Below are positions 52,262 through 56,418 of a stretch of DNA of 56,418 bases, one piece after another (the first letter of the stretch is position 1; the number at the start of each line of letters is the position of its first letter). The notes beneath the pieces are model-generated. The model saw nothing but the letters and a program-made list of their open reading frames with translations. It was not told where the DNA came from and did not search any database. A program made the position numbers and the translations under genes. The DNA is from a virus (Duplodnaviria > Caudoviricetes): positions 1-56,418 of IMG/VR virus record IMGVR_UViG_3300048872_000176; one strand, given 5' to 3'.

Positions 52262-52945
52262 TTGATGCTCGTAATTGAACCCAGCTTCGAAATCCTGACT
52301 CCTTTCGGTTCACTAAATGAACAAGGTGGTATTCAGTTACTTCAGTTTATTGAGAAAATGGCTCGTATTTCACACCGTTCGGAAGACAAACAAACGGACG
52401 ACTCTTGGCAACGGTTCATAAAAGCAGTAGTGCTCGAACACGGTGATTGGTCGGTGGTAGAGCACGCATCTCTCACCGTAATTTTCAGAGTTGACCGCGG
52501 CGTCACGCACGAATTAGTCCGCCATCGTCTCTTTAGTTTCACTCAGGAATCCACAAGGTTTGTGAATTATGCAAAGAAAGCTGATTTGGAATTCATTATC
52601 CCAGCCGAACTCAAGGATGGGGAAAGTGTCACGTCTTCAAAATTTTTGTGGTCGAACGCTATCGGAGAGTCCGAACGCACGTATCTTGATTTGTTGCGCA
52701 ACGGAGTCCGTCCGCAAGAGGCTCGAAGCGTACTTCCTAACGCATTGGCCGCAACTATCGCCGTCACAGGTAACTTACGAAACTGGAGGCACATTCTCTT
52801 AATGCGCTCTTCTAAGGAAACGCATCCGGATTTTCGCCGGGTGGTTGACCCGCTGTTGAAGGTTTTTCAAACGAACATACCTTTACTTTTCGATGACATC
52901 GAAGCCGGACAACGCCAAATCGAAAATCTTAGGAAGCCGAGATGA
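52262..52945 (+). CDS. thyX: FAD-dependent thymidylate synthase
   Basis: SVVEH, RHR-x7-S (RHRLFSFTQES), ARSVLPN, N.RNW. Confidence 0.93.
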   Translation: MMLVIEPSFEILTPFGSLNEQGGIQLLQFIEKMARISHRSEDKQTDDSWQRFIKAVVLEHGDWSVVEHASLTVIFRVDRGVTHELVRHRLFSFTQESTRFVNYAKKADLEFIIPAELKDGESVTSSKFLWSNAIGESERTYLDLLRNGVRPQEARSVLPNALAATIAVTGNLRNWRHILLMRSSKETHPDFRRVVDPLLKVFQTNIPLLFDDIEAGQRQIENLRKPR

Positions 52946-53766
52946 AATCTCCTCAACAGAAATGGAATAGTGCCCATCCCGAAGCGATGGCTACTAATTC
53001 TAAAATATGGCGGCAACGGCACCCTGAGAAGGTTGTTGTTCAAAATCGGAAAAAAGATCGCCGTTTTCGAAAATATGGAATTGCAGCATCGGAATTTTAT
53101 GCTGCGTTGATTCGTCAACACTATAAATGTTTGGGCTGTCTGTGCGAGATAAACGAAAAAACCGCCAATATCGATCACAAACATGATGGGTCTAATCCTT
53201 TCCGTGGATTACTGTGTCGAAACTGCAACTGGGCTCTTGGAATGGTTTACGAAAACTCCAGTACGCTACGACGACTCATGGCTTATTTAGACTACGACCG
53301 TAAAAAAACCCACGTATATTTGATCGGCGCTCTAAAAAACAAACGAGTTCCTGAAATTGGAAATCACATTCGAGCAGAAGGTTTTGATGTTATGGACGAA
53401 TGGTTTACGCCGGGAGAGTTTGCTGACACCAATTGGCAGGAATATGAGAAACAACGCGGACGTACCTATTCAGAAGCGTTGCGGGGCCGCGCTGCAACGA
53501 ACATTTTTCTTTTTGACCAATCATACCTAGACCTTTCCGATATAGTTATTTTGGTGGCCCCCGCAGGCAAATCTGCGATGATCGAACTTGGGTATGCCAA
53601 GGGTCGAGGAAAGAAAACCTGCATTTTGTTAGATGGGATCGACCCTGACCGTTACGACATCATGCCAAATTTTGCAGATGAGATTTTTATGACTGAAGAC
53701 GCTTTGATTAAGCATTTAAAAGAGTTGACAAATACTGGAGTCTATGGTATAATCCCAATCACATGA
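52942..53766 (+). CDS. Fusion of endonuclease VII-like domain and nucleoside deoxyribosyltransferase-like domain
   Basis: KYGI..C..C..IDH.H..RGLLC..CN, then VYLIG...SD.V.LV.PAGKSAMIELGYA. Confidence 0.8.
   Translation: MKSPQQKWNSAHPEAMATNSKIWRQRHPEKVVVQNRKKDRRFRKYGIAASEFYAALIRQHYKCLGCLCEINEKTANIDHKHDGSNPFRGLLCRNCNWALGMVYENSSTLRRLMAYLDYDRKKTHVYLIGALKNKRVPEIGNHIRAEGFDVMDEWFTPGEFADTNWQEYEKQRGRTYSEALRGRAATNIFLFDQSYLDLSDIVILVAPAGKSAMIELGYAKGRGKKTCILLDGIDPDRYDIMPNFADEIFMTEDALIKHLKELTNTGVYGIIPIT
53725..53753 (+). promoter_or_regulatory. Consensus sigma70 promoter
   Basis: TTGACA-17-TATAAT with TG extension; ATG 9 nt downstream. Confidence 0.8.
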
Positions 53767-54167
53767 AACTCTATCTCGCAGCCGCGTTCAGCCGTCAGGA
53801 AGAAATCAAGCTAATTGCTGTTCGTCTTGAAAGCAAAGGCTTGACGATCACTTCCCGTTGGTTGGAGGTAAAAAAAGAACGTCTCGAAAATGCCTTCATG
53901 GATGTTGAAGACGTACGCAGAGCGGATATACTTGTTCGCTTTACGGACACGGTACAAAGTTCTTTAATAACTATGACTGGATACAACGAACCGTACGTCC
54001 CTGCCCGTCTAATTTCCGGTGCCCGGCATTTTGAAACCGGACTCGCCTGGGAACGCGGAATTCCAATCATCGTTGTGGGTGGTAAGCAAAACATCTTTGA
54101 CGAATTTCCTAACATCACGCACGTCGATTCAGTTTATGATCTAGAGAAGATTTTAGGAGTAGCATGA
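53763..54167 (+). CDS. Nucleoside deoxyribosyltransferase-like protein
   Basis: KLYLAA.F, SRW, D..DV.RAD, G.RHFETGLA, NIF. Confidence 0.75.
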   Translation: MKLYLAAAFSRQEEIKLIAVRLESKGLTITSRWLEVKKERLENAFMDVEDVRRADILVRFTDTVQSSLITMTGYNEPYVPARLISGARHFETGLAWERGIPIIVVGGKQNIFDEFPNITHVDSVYDLEKILGVA

Positions 54168-54598
54168 TTTCTGAAAAATGGGATCGTCGGTATCTTGAAC
54201 TCGCCCAGCATGTCGCTAACTGGAGCAAGGACCCGTCTACAAAGACTGGTGCAATCATCGTTTCGCCGGACAATTTCGTTGTAGGTATGGGTTACAACGG
54301 TTTTCCCCGAGGCGTTGATGACACTGAAGAGCGTCTTAACGACCGTGAAATTAAGTACAAAATGATCGTCCACTGCGAGCGCAACGCGATTATTTCAGCC
54401 CGGCGCGATCTCGGCGGTAGCACTTTATACACTTGGCCGTTCATGTCTTGCGCTCCGTGCGCCGGAATGGTCATTCAAGCCGGGATCAGTCGCTGCGTTT
54501 CATATGAAAATAACAATCCCCGCTGGCAGGCGGATTTCGAACTCACCAAAAACATGTTTTTTGAAGCAGGCGTCGTACTAAAACTCTATTCACTCTGA
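54164..54598 (+). CDS. dCMP deaminase
   Basis: SKDPSTK.GA, GYNGFPRG, HCERNA, C.PC. Confidence 0.92.
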   Translation: MISEKWDRRYLELAQHVANWSKDPSTKTGAIIVSPDNFVVGMGYNGFPRGVDDTEERLNDREIKYKMIVHCERNAIISARRDLGGSTLYTWPFMSCAPCAGMVIQAGISRCVSYENNNPRWQADFELTKNMFFEAGVVLKLYSL

Positions 54599-54605
54599 GG
54601 AAATT

Positions 54606-54962
54606 GTGTCTACTGACAAGGAAGATGTACGTCTACTCGGTATTGGCGGGGCTCCAACCCGCGCAACAACACTGCCAGCAGGGGCGACCGAACGTAAGCA
54701 GTTTCCTATCGCCAGCGGCTTCATGGATTATTTCCCGGACGCGATTGTAGCGGTCGCGCATATTTCCTACCGCGGGAATCAGCAACACAATCCGAACAAA
54801 CCCTTACACTGGGATCGTTCGAAGTCCGGAGACGAAGCCGACACTCTTTTGCGGCATTTTCTACAGCGTGGAACTCTCGATACGGATGGTGTCGCTCATT
54901 CAGCAAAATTAGCGTGGAGAGCTATGGCCCTCCTTCAAAAAGAAATTGAATCGAAGTCCTAA
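54606..54962 (+). CDS. DUF5664 dATP/dGTP diphosphohydrolase-domain protein
   Basis: YFPDA..AVA..S..GN.QHNP..PLHWDRSKS.D..D...RH...H....AWRA.A.LQ. Confidence 0.85.
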   Translation: MSTDKEDVRLLGIGGAPTRATTLPAGATERKQFPIASGFMDYFPDAIVAVAHISYRGNQQHNPNKPLHWDRSKSGDEADTLLRHFLQRGTLDTDGVAHSAKLAWRAMALLQKEIESKS

Positions 54963-56418
54963 CTACTTTTTATAGTACCTACCTTCCCAACCTTCCGCTC
55001 CCAAGAATAACCCTTCAGCCCACTCAGGTGTAGATTCCATACAATTTTTCAAATCAGAAATTCCGAAAGAAAATGGATCATCGTCTTCCTCACAAACGAT
55101 TTCATCGTGGGAGTGAAACACTATATTTGCACCCATCTCGTCGGCTAGAAACATTCCATTTACTTCAATATCTCTGGCAACTCCTTGGTCGTCGTTTTCT
55201 GTGATTTTACCACCATATGTGTATACTTGACCCCAACCCTGAACAATCTGCCCGACACCGTGGCCAATTCCATCATACATAATTTTCTTACGGTCATACT
55301 CTTCACCGTCCGACTGGCGTTTTACAGTTTCTAGTTCGATTCGAGCATTAATATAGTGAAGTCCACGCCCGCTCGGAAGTTGAATTCGTAAAATAAATGT
55401 TCCATCCTTGCGCTTCCTGCGTTGAAACAAAACAACCCCCACCCTAACAGCAACACCAGTTTCTAAAACTTTGACTGCGGCTTTTTCGTACTTCTTCCAC
55501 AACTGAACAACTTCAGGATACGATTTTCTAAACGTCTCCCAAGCTAAGTAAGCTTGTTCCGCAGTTAATTTCACACCCATGTTGGCTGCGTAACCCATCA
55601 GTCCAGTCATGGTTTGATTTCCATAACGATCCATCACATACAAAATTTCGTATGTACCATCAGCATGCTTTTTCACACCAGGTCCAAGTCCGTATCCAGC
55701 CCCAAGCACTGCGGGTTTCGCTACCTGGCGTTTCGCCGCGGCACCCGCATCCTTCGGTTTGTGAACACCATCCACGATTTTAATTAAGGACTCGTACGGA
55801 ACGTTGTACATCCGGGCAGCGAAATCAAGATAAGCGTCACGCCCATCCCTGAAAACCTTAAGAATCGCATCACACCCGGCCAGCCAACCAAGCACCCGGT
55901 TTTCGATAGAACTAAGATCGCAAACAACCAACTTTTTGCCGGGATGAGATTGAATCGCAGATCGTACGCACGAAACAGTCATCCCAATAACTGATGGAAA
56001 TTCTTTCTCGGCGGCATCGTAATCTCCAGCTTCAATAATAGCAAGCGCTCGGTCATAGTTTTTTTCAACTTCTTTCATAGGCCGGGCAAGGTTTTGAACT
56101 TGAGCATCCTTACCTGCCCATCGCCCAGTGCGGGAAGCACCCATAAAAGCAAATTGGTTCCGCAACCGATCATCGTCAGACAGAAGATTTAGAATAGTCT
56201 CGAATTTCGTATGAGAAGTTTTCGAAGCTTCTTGCCGCAGCTTCAAAGCCGTGCGGAGTTCGAGTGTGATTCCGGAATCTTGCGCGAGTGCCGAAACAAC
56301 GAAATTTTTTCCGAGCGACAGGTGCGGATAATTGTGTTTTTGCGCCCAGCCTAGAAATTGGTCTCGGGAGTTGGGATTCACAAGCCCGGTCATTTCCTTC
56401 AATTTCGCCGCCAACCGT
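54963..56418 (-). CDS. Family A DNA polymerase, phage-type (C-terminal part; runs off the window)
   Basis: TGRWAG..Q.QNL, motif A DLSSIENR, motif B RQVAK...LG.GYG, ENDDQG.ARD, motif C HSHDE. Confidence 0.92.
   Translation of the reverse strand, partial: RLAAKLKEMTGLVNPNSRDQFLGWAQKHNYPHLSLGKNFVVSALAQDSGITLELRTALKLRQEASKTSHTKFETILNLLSDDDRLRNQFAFMGASRTGRWAGKDAQVQNLARPMKEVEKNYDRALAIIEAGDYDAAEKEFPSVIGMTVSCVRSAIQSHPGKKLVVCDLSSIENRVLGWLAGCDAILKVFRDGRDAYLDFAARMYNVPYESLIKIVDGVHKPKDAGAAAKRQVAKPAVLGAGYGLGPGVKKHADGTYEILYVMDRYGNQTMTGLMGYAANMGVKLTAEQAYLAWETFRKSYPEVVQLWKKYEKAAVKVLETGVAVRVGVVLFQRRKRKDGTFILRIQLPSGRGLHYINARIELETVKRQSDGEEYDRKKIMYDGIGHGVGQIVQGWGQVYTYGGKITENDDQGVARDIEVNGMFLADEMGANIVFHSHDEIVCEEDDDPFSFGISDLKNCMESTPEWAEGLFLGAEGWEGRYYKK

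Noticed and set aside
54606-56418. Calling this a Z-genome (2-aminoadenine) phage
   Set aside because: No PurZ or DatZ visible; DUF5664 plus PolA is insufficient

Overview
A 56 kb piece of a large tailed-phage genome with podovirus-like architecture. No cellular housekeeping context, integrase or CRISPR array is visible. Left end (1-3 kb): small early genes transcribed leftwards and rightwards from divergent sigma70 promoters, plus IHF-like motifs and GC-rich repeats. From about 3 to 49 kb is one rightward morphogenesis region. It opens with an unusually long pre-terminase block of Ser/Thr/Ala-rich paralogous virion-accessory proteins, interleaved with a sugar-isomerase cupin and glycosyltransferases. 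There are four glycosyltransferases in the window: two TPR+GT-B (one lies after the capsid gene), one GT13/GT2-like and one GT31-like. The block also holds an atypical tRNA. Terminase, portal and scaffold follow, then an N4-gp56-type major capsid gene split by a group I intron carrying an HNH endonuclease. After these come tail adaptor, nozzle and fibre genes, GNAT proteins, DNA-ejection proteins and lysis genes. Four antisense inserts, each with its own promoter, interrupt this region; one is a complete membrane-anchored GH10 xylanase. Right end: metallophosphoesterase, RecA, ThyX, two nucleoside-deoxyribosyltransferase-like proteins, dCMP deaminase, a DUF5664 dNTP diphosphohydrolase and a convergent, truncated family A DNA polymerase. 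The best candidate for an undescribed system is a phage-encoded virion decoration and glycosylation module. An Acidobacteria host is an inference. All family assignments come from motif recognition by eye, not database searches.
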